Notes: a model not told the origin generated them from the letters alone. 60,897 bases of DNA from Calditrichia bacterium (GCA_050633245.1 JBOEGD010000007.1:1-60897); one strand, 5' to 3'; counted from the first letter of the stretch, positions 18,664-29,607 are shown. Numbers and translations are program-made.

Positions 18664-18681
18664 TTAGCATGAACATGCTAA
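18664..18681. promoter_or_regulatory. Palindromic operator-like site
   Basis: TTAGCATG-AA-CATGCTAA in the divergent intergenic region between the DPP-IV and SBBP genes. Confidence 0.4.
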
Positions 18682-18772
18682 TGGAATGGCATTGTCATGC
18701 TCTTGAATTGATTGAAAATATCCACCATCTTTTTGCACGAATTGCAATATCAGTTTCTAATATAAGGAAAGC

Positions 18773-20476
18773 ATGATGAAATCGACAATATTTAGACTCG
18801 CAAAACGAGTATTTTTAATTCACTACTCTTATATCATCTTAATGGTCGTTGCATCTACAACTCTGATGAGCGCACAAAAGCCCGTTTGGCAGTGGGCAAA
18901 CTCCGGTGGTGGAACACGAGCAGATCTGGCTAGCAAAGTTGCGATAGACTCGCAGGGCAACTCATACATTGCCGGCTATTTTTCACGAGAAGCGAACTTC
19001 GACGGCATTCAGCTCTCTGGAGGTAATGATGAGATCTTAATCGCCAAATATAAGGCAAACGGCACTCTCGCATGGGCAAAAAGCGCTGGTGGATCTCTTT
19101 ATGATCGCGCGCTGGATATTGCTGTCGACAACGCAGACAACATCATTATTTCCGGCTATTTTAGTGAAAGTGCACAGTTTGATGACACCACTCTTCAAGC
19201 AATGGGATCGCAGTCAGAAATCTTTATTGCCAAATATACTTCTGATGGCACGTTGATTTGGGCCCTGCGCGAAGGAAGTACAAATTCTGAAGTTGGTAGC
19301 GCAATTGCAGTCGATACAGAGAACAATATTCTTTTGGCAGGAATAATTCGTGGAACCGCTCAGATCGGCGACACCGTTTTCACAAGCGTTCAGGACGAAG
19401 ATGTTATCGTGGCGCGGTATAGCGAAGACGGCGACTTCTTATGGGCAGCTCAGGGGAAAAGTAGCGGATCGGCAGTCCCATACGGCATCTCGAGCAACGA
19501 AGATGGTACCATTGCTGTCGTTGGTGCATTTTACAATCAGATATCCTTTAATGGGCTCAATCTTAACGCGAATGGCGATGCCGATGGATACGTTGTAACG
19601 TTTAACCGCGAAGGCAATGTCCAGTGGTCAAGAACTATGGGCGGTCCGGAAATAGACTATGCTTTGGACGTGGCAATAAATGCCTCAGGGGACATTATTG
19701 TTGGAGGATTTTTCTCCGGCCTGGCATTTATCGGGGGCACACCGATGTCAAGCAACGGCTCTACAGATGGATTTATTATCAGCTATACTCACGATGGTGC
19801 ACTAAAATGGGCAAATCAGGAAGGTTCTGGCGGCACCGATGGAGCGATTGCCGTGGCAGTTGACAGCAACGATAATGTTCTGGTTGTTTCAGAGTTCACC
19901 AACTCAATTAACTTTCCCGACACAACATTTTCAAGCCTTGGCTGGGAAGACATCACCGTTTCAGCGTATTCTACAACAGGCAGCTATCTTTGGGTAAGTC
20001 ATGCAGGAGGCACCAGTATTGATAATGCTTCAGCTATCGCAGTGCGAAATGACAGAATACGCATTGCCGGTAGTTTTTATCAGAATGTAACCTTTGGAAA
20101 TGATACGCTATCCAGTTCCGGCCAGGCCGACACGTATATTGCCGGTCTCAGCTATCCAACACTAACCGGGATCGTTAGGGAAGAATATGTAGCAATAGAC
20201 TTTACGCTGGGGCAAAATTATCCGAATCCGTTTAACCCGTCGACACAAATTCCCTACTCACATGCAAGTCGTGCAACCGTTTCGATTGAGATCTTCGACT
20301 ATCTGGGCAGACGGGTTCGCACGCTGGTGAATCAAACTCAGGCTGCCGGGAACTATCTTGTTTTCTGGAATGGTGCAGATGACCAGGGGAATCGGGTTGC
20401 TTCAGGAATTTACATCTACAGACTAAAAATTAATAACGCGGTGGCAAAACAACGCAAGATGATTTTGCTGAAATAA
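18773..20476 (+). CDS. Secreted SBBP-type beta-propeller repeat protein with a Por/FlgD-Ig C-terminal tail
   Basis: About seven repeats of W....GG...D....(I/V)AVD...N....G.F; C-terminal QNYPNPFNPST...KMILLK. Confidence 0.88.
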   Translation: MMKSTIFRLAKRVFLIHYSYIILMVVASTTLMSAQKPVWQWANSGGGTRADLASKVAIDSQGNSYIAGYFSREANFDGIQLSGGNDEILIAKYKANGTLAWAKSAGGSLYDRALDIAVDNADNIIISGYFSESAQFDDTTLQAMGSQSEIFIAKYTSDGTLIWALREGSTNSEVGSAIAVDTENNILLAGIIRGTAQIGDTVFTSVQDEDVIVARYSEDGDFLWAAQGKSSGSAVPYGISSNEDGTIAVVGAFYNQISFNGLNLNANGDADGYVVTFNREGNVQWSRTMGGPEIDYALDVAINASGDIIVGGFFSGLAFIGGTPMSSNGSTDGFIISYTHDGALKWANQEGSGGTDGAIAVAVDSNDNVLVVSEFTNSINFPDTTFSSLGWEDITVSAYSTTGSYLWVSHAGGTSIDNASAIAVRNDRIRIAGSFYQNVTFGNDTLSSSGQADTYIAGLSYPTLTGIVREEYVAIDFTLGQNYPNPFNPSTQIPYSHASRATVSIEIFDYLGRRVRTLVNQTQAAGNYLVFWNGADDQGNRVASGIYIYRLKINNAVAKQRKMILLK

Positions 20477-20490
20477 CAGGCCCGCTAAAA

Positions 20491-20526
20491 TGAGCCTGCT
20501 GTCGCCTCCTTCCGGCAGCAGGCTCA
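20491..20526. terminator. Hairpin between convergent genes
   Basis: tgagcctgctgtcg ... cggcagcaggctca. Confidence 0.55.
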
Positions 20527-20539
20527 AAGTTTGACGCTT

Positions 20540-21190
20540 TTAAATTTCGCCTCTCAGTGCCTTTGTAATCACCTCCGCCTTGCTATTCACATGCAATTTA
20601 TGATAGATGCGGCGAATATGTCCGCGCACCGTATCCAGGGCAATATCGAGGCGATCCGCGACCAATTTATAGCTAAGTCCATCTACCAATGCACTGACAA
20701 TTTCCTGCTCGCGATTGCTCAATTTAGAATTTTCTTTCACAACCTGCGGGTTTGGCACCAGCTGTTGGCGAGCATGAAAATAGTCCGTAACGCGACGAGC
20801 AATTTGAGGAGACATTGCAGAACCGCCGTTGGCGAGGGTTACGATGGCTTGTTTTATGTCTGAGAGTGCGGTGTTCTTGGTAAGATAGCCTGAGGCTCCC
20901 GAGCAAAGGGCCTGGAAAATCTTGTCATCTTCCCGATGCACAGTCAGCATAGCTACGTCGATCTCAGGATGTGATGCCTTGATCTGAACCAACCCTTCAA
21001 GTCCGGACATGCCGGGAAGGCCAATATCTAACAGCAAGACATTTGGCGCAGCCTTTACTTTCAGGTGTTCTAAAAACGCCTCCACCGATGGAAGAGCTGC
21101 CTGAAGGATGATCTCTTCCTGTTCTTCCAGATAAGCGACTAGTGTCTCGCGAATATCATCGTGGTCTTCTACCATCGCAACCGTTATCAT
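20540..21190 (-). CDS. NarL/LuxR-family response regulator
   Basis: REC domain (VEDH, LLDIGLPGMSG, GYLTK) plus LuxR HTH (LSNREQEI...GLSYK...TVRGHI). Confidence 0.95.
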   Translation of the reverse strand: MITVAMVEDHDDIRETLVAYLEEQEEIILQAALPSVEAFLEHLKVKAAPNVLLLDIGLPGMSGLEGLVQIKASHPEIDVAMLTVHREDDKIFQALCSGASGYLTKNTALSDIKQAIVTLANGGSAMSPQIARRVTDYFHARQQLVPNPQVVKENSKLSNREQEIVSALVDGLSYKLVADRLDIALDTVRGHIRRIYHKLHVNSKAEVITKALRGEI

Positions 21191-21203
21191 TGCGTTCTCC
21201 TGC

Positions 21204-24200
21204 CTAAATTGCCGCTCGTTCCAAAATTATTATCAATCCATTGTCATTAGCTATTGTAATGTTTCCACCAATAGCCGTAGCGCGCATACGCATATTCTTT
21301 AGACCATGCCCACTGCGTTTCAGTACATTCTCTGCACCAATACCATCATCAGCGATACTCATTCTGAAGCGTTTGGAATCATTCGAAAGCTGAACCTGAA
21401 CCGTAGAGGCATTGGCATACTTTGCAACATTATTTAGCGCCTCTTTGAAAATAAAGTACAAATTTTGCCGCAAATCTACCGGTAACTCTTTTTCCGCATC
21501 AATTCCACTGGTGGAATAGTGCACCTGCACGCCTGTTTCGCGCAGCAGTTCTTCGGCAAAGTCCTTCATGCGATCGAGCAGGTTCTTGAACTGATCATTC
21601 CTGGCATCGACAGACCAGACCAAGTCACTCATTTGCCCAACAGCAGTTCTACTGGAGTGAACGATATCACTGAGATGTTTTTCTGCCTTCTCAGGTTTAA
21701 CTCCGCCTTTCAACAGCTCTGCCTTCATCGCAATAGATGTAAGTGAAGCACCGACATCATCATGCAAATCGCTTGCAATCTGGACGCGTAACTTTTCCAT
21801 CGCCAGCATACTCAATATGCGGTTGCGGTAGATCAGAAGTGGAATTAGCACAATGGCCAGCAAAGCCAGTAGACGAAACCACCAGGTTTGCCAGTATGGC
21901 GGCGGAATAATCAGCGCGAGGGCTGTTCCGGCTTCACTCCATAGCCCATCATTATTGCTGCCGGTTACGCGAAATACATAACTGCCGGGATCCAAATTGG
22001 TATAGGAGGCCGTACGCCCGCGAATCGCCGGTTGAGTTACCGTCCACTCACTGTCAAACCCCTCAAGTATATAGCGATAGCGATTCTTCTGGGGTGCAGT
22101 AAAGTCCAGCGCTGAGAACTCGAAGCGAATAGACTTCTTATCATAATTTACAGTTAAAGGATTCTCTAGGGAATATTGTCTGCTTCCACGCAAGGCTTCC
22201 CTTCCTACAACGATATCGGTGATTGCCAATTTGGGAATATAGGAATTACCGGATACCTTCCCGGGGTTAATAATGCTTATGCCATTAGTGCCGCCAAAAT
22301 ACAGCATCCCGTCTCGACTTTTATATCCGGCACCAACGAGATAGACATTTCCCTGCAAACCATCAGCTTCCGTAAACGCACTAAAGGACCAATCCTTTTT
22401 AGATCGATTTAAAAACGTTATTCCACGATGCGTGCTCATCCAAAGATTGTAAGAATCATCTTCAATAATTGCGCAAATATTATTATGCGTCAACCCATCA
22501 TTCTGCTCATAACTCGTCCACTTATCGCTGAAGCGTTCCCAATGTAGCAATCCATCACGCGTGCCAACCCACATATCACCAATATGATCTTCGAAGAGAC
22601 AGTTTACATCGGTATGCTGCATATTTCCGGCGAATTTCGTTTCATAGGCGAAGACTGAATCTATCTGCAAACTGTCTGAATCCGGATTATTAAATACAAT
22701 CCGTCCCACACCATTCTGTGCAGTACCTACCCACAACTCTCCTGAACGAGTTTCAAGTATGGATTTATATGCCCCCGGAATTAAGCCAATATCCGTGGCC
22801 TTTATTTCATACAAGCTTCCGGTTTCATTGCTATACCGAAGCAGACTTTTATACGTTCCAGCCCAGATACCTCCAAATCGCGCAGCAGTTATATCATATA
22901 GAATCCCAGGGTATTGCTTTACATCCGTGGGGGAATCCGGCGACGGATAGTGGCTGATTACGAGTCGATCGGAAAAGTCCTTTTTGCTATCATTCCAGAG
23001 GGCTACGGCACTCTCAGTTGCCTTCCAGAGCCCTCCGTTATTATCCCGGACGAGTGCATTAACCGGATAAGTCGCCTGATCTATTACCTTCGAGGTCACG
23101 TCGTTATTAGTCGTCTCAAGCGCGATTACCTCACCCTGAAAGTTTCCGGCAAGCAGGTTACCGTACCTATCTTCAGCAAAGGAGGAGAACTGCTGAATTT
23201 GATCCGTCTTGGGTTTTAAGTTATTCAACAGAATGCTGCCGAATGGCGACTCCTGAAGATTTACTTTGCGAAGACCATCGCGAACAGTTGCTAACCAGAG
23301 ATTGCCAGAATAGTCCTGATACATGCTCCAAGTTTCGGCAAACAGCGTTGAGGGAAAAGGGATTTTCCGCGCTTCGTAGGCGGACTCGCTATCAGTAGGA
23401 ATTTTCAGCTCATAGATTTCCTGCGACTTCATCATAAGCAGTAATCGGTCCGGCTCAATTAACATACAGCTTAAAAGCTTTTGATCTGTTGAAAGAGCCG
23501 GATCTCCGGTCAACTTAATAGGAAGACATTTTTCGGTTAGCGGGTCGAATCGACCAAATCCTTTAGGAGATGAAAACCAAATTTTACCGAACCCATCCTG
23601 AACAATAGATTTAAGCACATTGAACGGAAGACTTAACGGGTCATTAGAATCGTTCCGGTAGGTCGTAAATAGACCTGCTTCATAGTCTGAAGAGTCCATC
23701 TTGCTCAATCCATTAAAAGTAGAGATCCAGATCGTCTTATTGTGCCCGGTAAGAAGTGTGTTGGTAAGCCTGCTGCCAATACTTCGGGGATTTGCCCTAT
23801 CCGGCAGGAAAGTGCGAAGACGCTGGCTTTTTCGATCATATCTGGAGATACCGCCGGAACTACTTAGCCATACGTTTCCAAAAGCATCTTCCTTACAGCG
23901 ATCAAGGTTTTGCGTTGGAGGATGGATGGAATCGCTTTCTTTCAAGATACGCCGAAAACGCTCCGTCTCGAGGTTTAAAATATTCAACCCATTGGCCGTC
24001 GGCACCCATAGCTCACCATCAATTACTGCAAGCTCACCAATTTTATTACTCGAAATAGAGAACTCATCGGTCGGGTCATTTTTATAAACCCGAAAATCAT
24101 AGCCATCATAGCGATTGAGGCCATTGAGCGTGGCAACCCAAATAAATCCATCATCATCCTGAAGAATGTCCTGAACAGCTATATAGGAAAGGCCGTGTTC

Positions 24201-24305
24201 TACAGTAAGCGTTTCAACGAGGTAGTTCTGCGCGATAACGATTGGGCTTATCGAGAGAAGTAGCGTAAATAGTATGGTAATCTGCTTCAGCATAGGGGCA
24301 ATCAC
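21204..24305 (-). CDS. Sensor histidine kinase (beta-propeller Reg_prop + Y_Y_Y + HisKA_3 + HATPase)
   Basis: Propeller repeats (IWVATLNGLNRYDG), Y_Y_Y (YRYILEG..ASYTNLDPGSYVF), TM, H-box DLHDDVG, EALNNVAKY, DDGIG and GHGLKNM. Confidence 0.93.
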   Translation of the reverse strand: MIAPMLKQITILFTLLLSISPIVIAQNYLVETLTVEHGLSYIAVQDILQDDDGFIWVATLNGLNRYDGYDFRVYKNDPTDEFSISSNKIGELAVIDGELWVPTANGLNILNLETERFRRILKESDSIHPPTQNLDRCKEDAFGNVWLSSSGGISRYDRKSQRLRTFLPDRANPRSIGSRLTNTLLTGHNKTIWISTFNGLSKMDSSDYEAGLFTTYRNDSNDPLSLPFNVLKSIVQDGFGKIWFSSPKGFGRFDPLTEKCLPIKLTGDPALSTDQKLLSCMLIEPDRLLLMMKSQEIYELKIPTDSESAYEARKIPFPSTLFAETWSMYQDYSGNLWLATVRDGLRKVNLQESPFGSILLNNLKPKTDQIQQFSSFAEDRYGNLLAGNFQGEVIALETTNNDVTSKVIDQATYPVNALVRDNNGGLWKATESAVALWNDSKKDFSDRLVISHYPSPDSPTDVKQYPGILYDITAARFGGIWAGTYKSLLRYSNETGSLYEIKATDIGLIPGAYKSILETRSGELWVGTAQNGVGRIVFNNPDSDSLQIDSVFAYETKFAGNMQHTDVNCLFEDHIGDMWVGTRDGLLHWERFSDKWTSYEQNDGLTHNNICAIIEDDSYNLWMSTHRGITFLNRSKKDWSFSAFTEADGLQGNVYLVGAGYKSRDGMLYFGGTNGISIINPGKVSGNSYIPKLAITDIVVGREALRGSRQYSLENPLTVNYDKKSIRFEFSALDFTAPQKNRYRYILEGFDSEWTVTQPAIRGRTASYTNLDPGSYVFRVTGSNNDGLWSEAGTALALIIPPPYWQTWWFRLLALLAIVLIPLLIYRNRILSMLAMEKLRVQIASDLHDDVGASLTSIAMKAELLKGGVKPEKAEKHLSDIVHSSRTAVGQMSDLVWSVDARNDQFKNLLDRMKDFAEELLRETGVQVHYSTSGIDAEKELPVDLRQNLYFIFKEALNNVAKYANASTVQVQLSNDSKRFRMSIADDGIGAENVLKRSGHGLKNMRMRATAIGGNITIANDNGLIIILERAAI

Positions 24306-24491
24306 GGTGTTGGTTTTATGATCGAGATATGACTATTGAGATACTTACTTGCAACAGTTCATACCTGTTACGATGCTGTCAAATTTGACTAAATGTAACA
24401 AATACAGCCTAAAGCGGAAAATTTAGCGGCATAATTCTTTAGATTACTCAAAATCACTCTGCACTATCAGGAGGGGACATTTTATGCGGGA

Positions 24492-26594
24492 TCAGGCAAT
24501 ATCCGGCATGTTGAACTTATCGGCATAGCGAGCCTTAAAGTGTTTGCGCACCACATCATTATGCGGTTTTCGAAGATGCGGATCGCCTTTTACGATTGCA
24601 AACGCGTCATCTCTGGCTGTCTGAACGGCCGCGATATCATGAATTAGATCGGCAAAACGTAAATCCGGCATGCCGCTTTGCCTGGTGCCAAAGAACTCCC
24701 CGCTCCCTCGCAGGCGCAGGTCCTCCTCTGCAATTCGGAAGCCGTCATTCGTTGCCTCCATTGCTGCCATGCGCTCCTGAGCAATGTTGTTTAACTGTCC
24801 GGGTGTCATCAAAATACAGTAAGACTGCTGATTACCACGCCCCACGCGGCCGCGCAGCTGATGCAGCTGACTGAGTCCAAATCGTTCAGCATGTTCAATC
24901 ACCATCACGGTTGCATTCGGCACATCTACACCAACCTCAATTACTGTCGTAGCAATAAGAATTTTTATCTCGCCACGCTTAAATTGTTGCATAATAGCGT
25001 CTTTTTCTTCCATCTTTAATCGACCGTGCAGCAACCCGAGCTTAAACTCCGAGAACGTCTTCTCCTGCAGAGTATCATAAGCCGCGGTAGCAGCTTTTAG
25101 ATCGAGCTTTTCCGATTCTTCAACAAGCGGATAAACAATGTAGGCCTGTTCGCCACGGTTAATGCGATCGCGAACAAACTCCTGCACCTGAAATTGCTTA
25201 TCCTGATTTCGCCAATAGGTGCGAATCTCCTGACGTCCCGGCGGCAACTCATCAATTACTGAGACATCGAGATCTCCGTAGACGGTCAATGCCAGCGTGC
25301 GAGGAATCGGCGTTGCCGTCATCACCAGCACGTGCGGTTTACGCCCTTTTCCCATCAAAGCGCCACGCTGTAGCACGCCAAAACGATGTTGTTCATCTAT
25401 TACTGCAAAGCCCAACTGTTTGAACTGCACGTTTTTTTGTATCAGAGCATGCGTTCCAATAACCAAATCAATTTCCCCCGCAGCGATACGTTCCTGCATT
25501 TCGCGCTTTGCCTTGGCCTTCATGCTTCCCAAGAGAATCCCGGCCTTCACAGACGAGCGCTCGAGCAATGCTTCTATATTAATGAAATGCTGCTGTGCAA
25601 GAATTTCTGTCGGCGCCATAATTGCCGTTTGATAGCCCGCTTCTATGGCCAATTGCATAGCTAAAAAAGCCACAACAGTTTTTCCAGATCCCACATCGCC
25701 CTGCACAAGTCGGTTCATGGGACGACCGGAAGCGATATCGCGTCGAACATCGGCAATTACTTTTTGCTGAGCACCAGTAAGTGCAAAGGGAAGATTGTTG
25801 AGGCTCTTTTGCAGGAAAGAATCGGATGAGTTAATCGTATAACCCACTTCAGGAGAGTAGTAATAGTGTTTACGCAGGGCCATCATTAACTGTAGGTAGA
25901 ACAACTCTTCATATTTAAAGCGGCGCCAAACCTGCTTTATATGCTCATTAGACTCAGGGAAATGCATCTGTTGAAATGCCTGAGCACGCTTGAGTAAGCG
26001 ATATCGTTTTACAAGTCCCTCCGGCAGCGTTTCCGGAATATCCTCACCATACTTCTTTAGTGCGAGTGAAACAATTCGTCTAATAGCATAATTGGATAAG
26101 CCGACGCGCTTGAACGCCTGTCCTGACGGATATAGTGGAATGAGCTGTCCGGTATTGAGCTGTTCCTTTCCGTCGGTTAGAATATCATAATCCGGATGAA
26201 CCATCTGCCTGGTTTTGAACTGCTTTACCTTACCGCTGAATGCAACAAGCTGCTTGAGTTCAAAAATGCGATTAAACAAGTCCGGTTGATTAAACCAAAC
26301 AACCTCCAGCGTTCCACTGCCGTCATCAATACGCAGAATTAATCGTTTCTTACCGCGTAGCACCAATCGCTTGGCGCTGATTTCCCCCATAACCGTAACC
26401 TCTTCATCCAAAGTAAGATCGCGGATATAGCGCATTGCACTGCGATCCAAATAGCGACGCGGTGTAAAGTCGAGCAGATCTTCCAGCACATGAATCCCCG
26501 CTGTTCCAAAGGCCTCTGCCCTCTTTTCGCCAACGCCTTTTAAAAATTGAACCGGCGTTTGCATTGCGTCATTATTTTGGGAGAAAGTATTCAT
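24492..26594 (-). CDS. recG: ATP-dependent DNA helicase RecG
   Basis: QGDVGSGKT, DEQHRFG, MTATPIPR, QLHQLRGRVGRG and the TRG motif (DL.LRG.GE.FGTRQSG). Confidence 0.98.
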   Translation of the reverse strand: MNTFSQNNDAMQTPVQFLKGVGEKRAEAFGTAGIHVLEDLLDFTPRRYLDRSAMRYIRDLTLDEEVTVMGEISAKRLVLRGKKRLILRIDDGSGTLEVVWFNQPDLFNRIFELKQLVAFSGKVKQFKTRQMVHPDYDILTDGKEQLNTGQLIPLYPSGQAFKRVGLSNYAIRRIVSLALKKYGEDIPETLPEGLVKRYRLLKRAQAFQQMHFPESNEHIKQVWRRFKYEELFYLQLMMALRKHYYYSPEVGYTINSSDSFLQKSLNNLPFALTGAQQKVIADVRRDIASGRPMNRLVQGDVGSGKTVVAFLAMQLAIEAGYQTAIMAPTEILAQQHFINIEALLERSSVKAGILLGSMKAKAKREMQERIAAGEIDLVIGTHALIQKNVQFKQLGFAVIDEQHRFGVLQRGALMGKGRKPHVLVMTATPIPRTLALTVYGDLDVSVIDELPPGRQEIRTYWRNQDKQFQVQEFVRDRINRGEQAYIVYPLVEESEKLDLKAATAAYDTLQEKTFSEFKLGLLHGRLKMEEKDAIMQQFKRGEIKILIATTVIEVGVDVPNATVMVIEHAERFGLSQLHQLRGRVGRGNQQSYCILMTPGQLNNIAQERMAAMEATNDGFRIAEEDLRLRGSGEFFGTRQSGMPDLRFADLIHDIAAVQTARDDAFAIVKGDPHLRKPHNDVVRKHFKARYADKFNMPDIA

Positions 26595-26749
26595 ACAACG
26601 TATTGTTTTGTGCTGTGCTCAGGTTTTAGGGAATAGTATTGAAGTCATCCAGAGCACGTCTGGGCAAACGTGCTTCTGGCAACAGATTTACAAAACATAA
26701 GGGGAATGCAGAATAGTGGCAAGTTAAATTTCGTAAGAACAATAAGATA

Positions 26750-27502
26750 TCAGTCGGTTTTTACTTCGGTTTCCCATCCGTCATACTCACCATCGTGCTC
26801 TTCAGCGGTTCTCAGAAGGTGAATCACATTGTCATCGAACGATTTATCGAGCAGGTTCTCATTGCGGGAAAAATGTAGTCGGTAGGGCATATCCATATCT
26901 TCTTCCTCATCGAATGCTTCGGTAAGAATCGCATAGCCAAGACGCTCTACTTTTTCTTTACAGTCGAAGAAGCTGTCCAGATCTGAAAAATAAATCCAGT
27001 GTTCCACTTCACGGTGGGTCGTCAGGTCATCGCCTTTTTCCTGAAGATGGCGCATCACCTGACGGTTCATAATGTATTGCAGGTTCTCGCGATCCGGGTA
27101 CAGAAAGTCGTCAAAAAAACTCCATGCCTCATCCTGCTGCACATCCAATTCATAATCGTAATCACCAAAGTTTTCCATGACGCCATTAAGTATCAGCTCA
27201 ACCGGAATTCCCTCTGGCAAATAGAGTGCAAAGCAGCGTTTACCATTTACGGTGTAGCGACCAATATACATGCCGTAAAGATGTTGCTCCGATTCTGATT
27301 CCAACATGCTTTCAATTCGAAAGAGCATGCGATCTTCATGCGGAGTAGACATTCCTTTCTCGTCGGGGCTCAGTAGCGTTAGCGTTAAGCGGCAGAGTTG
27401 CGGCAAAGACTGTCGCTGTTCGCTTTTTCCGGCGTCTAGATTAACAACGAATGAGGCAAACTGCTCATCGATGGTAGCAAAATACTGGTTCCAGCCAAGC
27501 AA
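26750..27502 (-). CDS. DUF695 + RraB-like domain protein
   Basis: C-terminal GDDL...REVEHWIYF...GEYDGWET (RraB-like); acidic N-terminal DUF695-like region. Confidence 0.75.
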   Translation of the reverse strand: MLGWNQYFATIDEQFASFVVNLDAGKSEQRQSLPQLCRLTLTLLSPDEKGMSTPHEDRMLFRIESMLESESEQHLYGMYIGRYTVNGKRCFALYLPEGIPVELILNGVMENFGDYDYELDVQQDEAWSFFDDFLYPDRENLQYIMNRQVMRHLQEKGDDLTTHREVEHWIYFSDLDSFFDCKEKVERLGYAILTEAFDEEEDMDMPYRLHFSRNENLLDKSFDDNVIHLLRTAEEHDGEYDGWETEVKTD

Positions 27503-27523
27503 TAGGAAATCCTTTAAGAAAAA

Positions 27524-28228
27524 TCAGGAGGCAGGTGAGAGCAATTCTTCGCGATCAATCGTGCCGTCTTCGAGGTGGATGATGCGATGTGCGCGTCGAG
27601 CGAAGCGTTCATCGTGGGTTACAATCACGAAATTTTGTTCATACTTGGTATTCAAGTTCATGATAATCTCGAACAATGCTTCAGAATTACGGCGGTCCAA
27701 ATCTCCTGTAGGTTCATCAGCCAGAATCAAACGGGGGCGATTCATTAGAGCCCTGGCAATCGTCACGCGCTGCTGTTCGCCGCCGGAAAGCTGATTTGGC
27801 TTATGATGCATGCGATCTTTCAACCCCACTTCCATCAGCAGCTCCATGGCCTTTCCCTCATAGCTTTTCCAGTCGTTTCCACCAATGATGCACGGCATCA
27901 TCACGTTTTCCAGCGCGCTGAACTCCGGCAATAGATAATGAAACTGAAAGGTAAAGCCCACGTGTTCATTGCGAAAATGAGCCAGTTCTTTTTCAGAATA
28001 GGAAAGAATATCATTTCCTTCGATCAGGATCTGCCCACTTGTCGGGCGATCCAAAGTACCGAGTAGATTCAACAGAGTAGACTTCCCCACTCCCGACGGC
28101 CCCATAATAGCAACTATTTCACCGCGCTTTAATTCAAGATTGATATCGCGCAGAACCGCCACAGTTCTCGGACCGTCGTGATAAACCTTGCTTAGTCCAA
28201 CGGTCTGTAATACCACTTCATTTGTCAC
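27524..28228 (-). CDS. lolD: Lipoprotein-releasing ABC transporter ATPase LolD
   Basis: GPSGVGKST, FQFHYLLPEFSALENV, LSGGEQQRV and ADEPTG; adjacent to lolC/E. Confidence 0.92.
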   Translation of the reverse strand: MTNEVVLQTVGLSKVYHDGPRTVAVLRDINLELKRGEIVAIMGPSGVGKSTLLNLLGTLDRPTSGQILIEGNDILSYSEKELAHFRNEHVGFTFQFHYLLPEFSALENVMMPCIIGGNDWKSYEGKAMELLMEVGLKDRMHHKPNQLSGGEQQRVTIARALMNRPRLILADEPTGDLDRRNSEALFEIIMNLNTKYEQNFVIVTHDERFARRAHRIIHLEDGTIDREELLSPAS

Positions 28229-28239
28229 AACAGACTCCC

Positions 28240-29478
28240 TTATTCATAACGTATGGCTTCAACCGGATTCAGACGAGACGCCTTGTAGGCGGGATAAAGC
28301 GATGCCAGGAGGCAAATAACCATGCTGATTACGGCAATGATGGTAAAATCCAACCAGCGCATTTGCACTGGAAGTTTTTCAATAATATAAACATCTGCCG
28401 GCAACGAAATTATGCCGAAAGTCTGCTGTGCGTAACAAATACCAAAGGCCAGTAAACTACCGGTGATCGTTCCTAATAGACCGATAATCACGCCGAGGCG
28501 CATAAAAATATACATGATGTCGTTAGATGATGCTCCCATGCTTTTCAGAATACCAATATCGCGGGTTTTTTCCATGACAATCATAGTAAGCGAACTGATA
28601 ATCGTAAAGGCAGCAACCATAATAATCAGGCTAAAAATGAGTGTAAACAGCCATTTTTCGTAGGTCATCCAGCTATAGAGGCTTTTGTTTTGCTCAAACC
28701 AAGTTCGGGCCGTGTAGGGATAGCCTCCTAAGGTCTTCTCAATTTCCGGAGCTATTTCGGCAGCGGCATTAAAGTCAGACAACTTTACATCAATACGCGT
28801 AACGGCATCTTTTATCCTGAACAGCTTTTGAGCCTGCTCTACCGAGATATATGCAAAGATCTTATCGTACTCATAAAAGCCGATCTCGCTGATGCCGGTA
28901 ACAATAAACTCCTGCGCTCTGAATCGCGAAAGGAAACCGGCATCCTTTGGAAAGGCAAATAAGATTACCTTCTGACCCGGTTTATAGATAAACAGGTTCT
29001 CGGCAAAATAGCGCCCAAGGACAATGCCGGGCAGCTCCTTTCCAGAATGTTCGGCCATCCCCAGATTAAAGTCTCCCGAGACAATGCTGCCGGGCACCTC
29101 ACTAACCTGCCCCGCAGTTTCCGGATCGAGTGCGCGGATGGCTACCGGCTGAGTGAATTCACCTGAGCGAATCATGCTTTCGCGTGTAATCATGGGCGAA
29201 GCGCCGATAACGCCATCCATATTCCGAATGGCTTCGGCATGTTTTTCATAGTCTTCGATTTCGTGCTGGTAGAATTTTCGCACGTGGATATGAGCATCTG
29301 CGCCAATAAGCCGGTTGCGCACTTCAGATTCAAAACCGTTAAAGGCCGAAAGCACAATGTCCAGCGCAGCAACACCAATCATCACGCCAATTACGGAGAA
29401 AAGTGTAATGATGGTAATAAAACCGGTACGCCGTTTTCCGATAAAATAGCGCGATGCTATAAAAGATTGAAACTTCAT
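28240..29478 (-). CDS. lolE: Lipoprotein-releasing ABC transporter permease LolC/E
   Basis: GVMIGVAALDIVLSAFNGF, EKTRDIGILKSMGA, and YPAYKASRLNPVEAIRYE. Confidence 0.9.
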   Translation of the reverse strand: MKFQSFIASRYFIGKRRTGFITIITLFSVIGVMIGVAALDIVLSAFNGFESEVRNRLIGADAHIHVRKFYQHEIEDYEKHAEAIRNMDGVIGASPMITRESMIRSGEFTQPVAIRALDPETAGQVSEVPGSIVSGDFNLGMAEHSGKELPGIVLGRYFAENLFIYKPGQKVILFAFPKDAGFLSRFRAQEFIVTGISEIGFYEYDKIFAYISVEQAQKLFRIKDAVTRIDVKLSDFNAAAEIAPEIEKTLGGYPYTARTWFEQNKSLYSWMTYEKWLFTLIFSLIIMVAAFTIISSLTMIVMEKTRDIGILKSMGASSNDIMYIFMRLGVIIGLLGTITGSLLAFGICYAQQTFGIISLPADVYIIEKLPVQMRWLDFTIIAVISMVICLLASLYPAYKASRLNPVEAIRYE

Positions 29479-29508
29479 GTATGTGTTGTTTCCGTTTGCA
29501 ATTATAAA

Positions 29509-29597
29509 TTTATGATTGATGATTGATGATGTATGAATCCAACTTTTTCAGAAGGTTAACTGAACGCACTTTAACTGACCTGTTCATCAATCATAAT
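29509..29597. repeat. TGATTGA heptamer repeats with an inverted copy
   Basis: ttatgattgatgattgatga at about 29510-29529; reverse complement tcatcaatcataa at about 29584-29596. Confidence 0.6.
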
Positions 29598-29607
29598 TCG
29601 TCCTTCA

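Noticed and set aside
26649-26679. Hairpin upstream of recG as a riboswitch
   Set aside because: It is a single short stem (ccagagcacgt/acgtgcttctgg) with no aptamer features.
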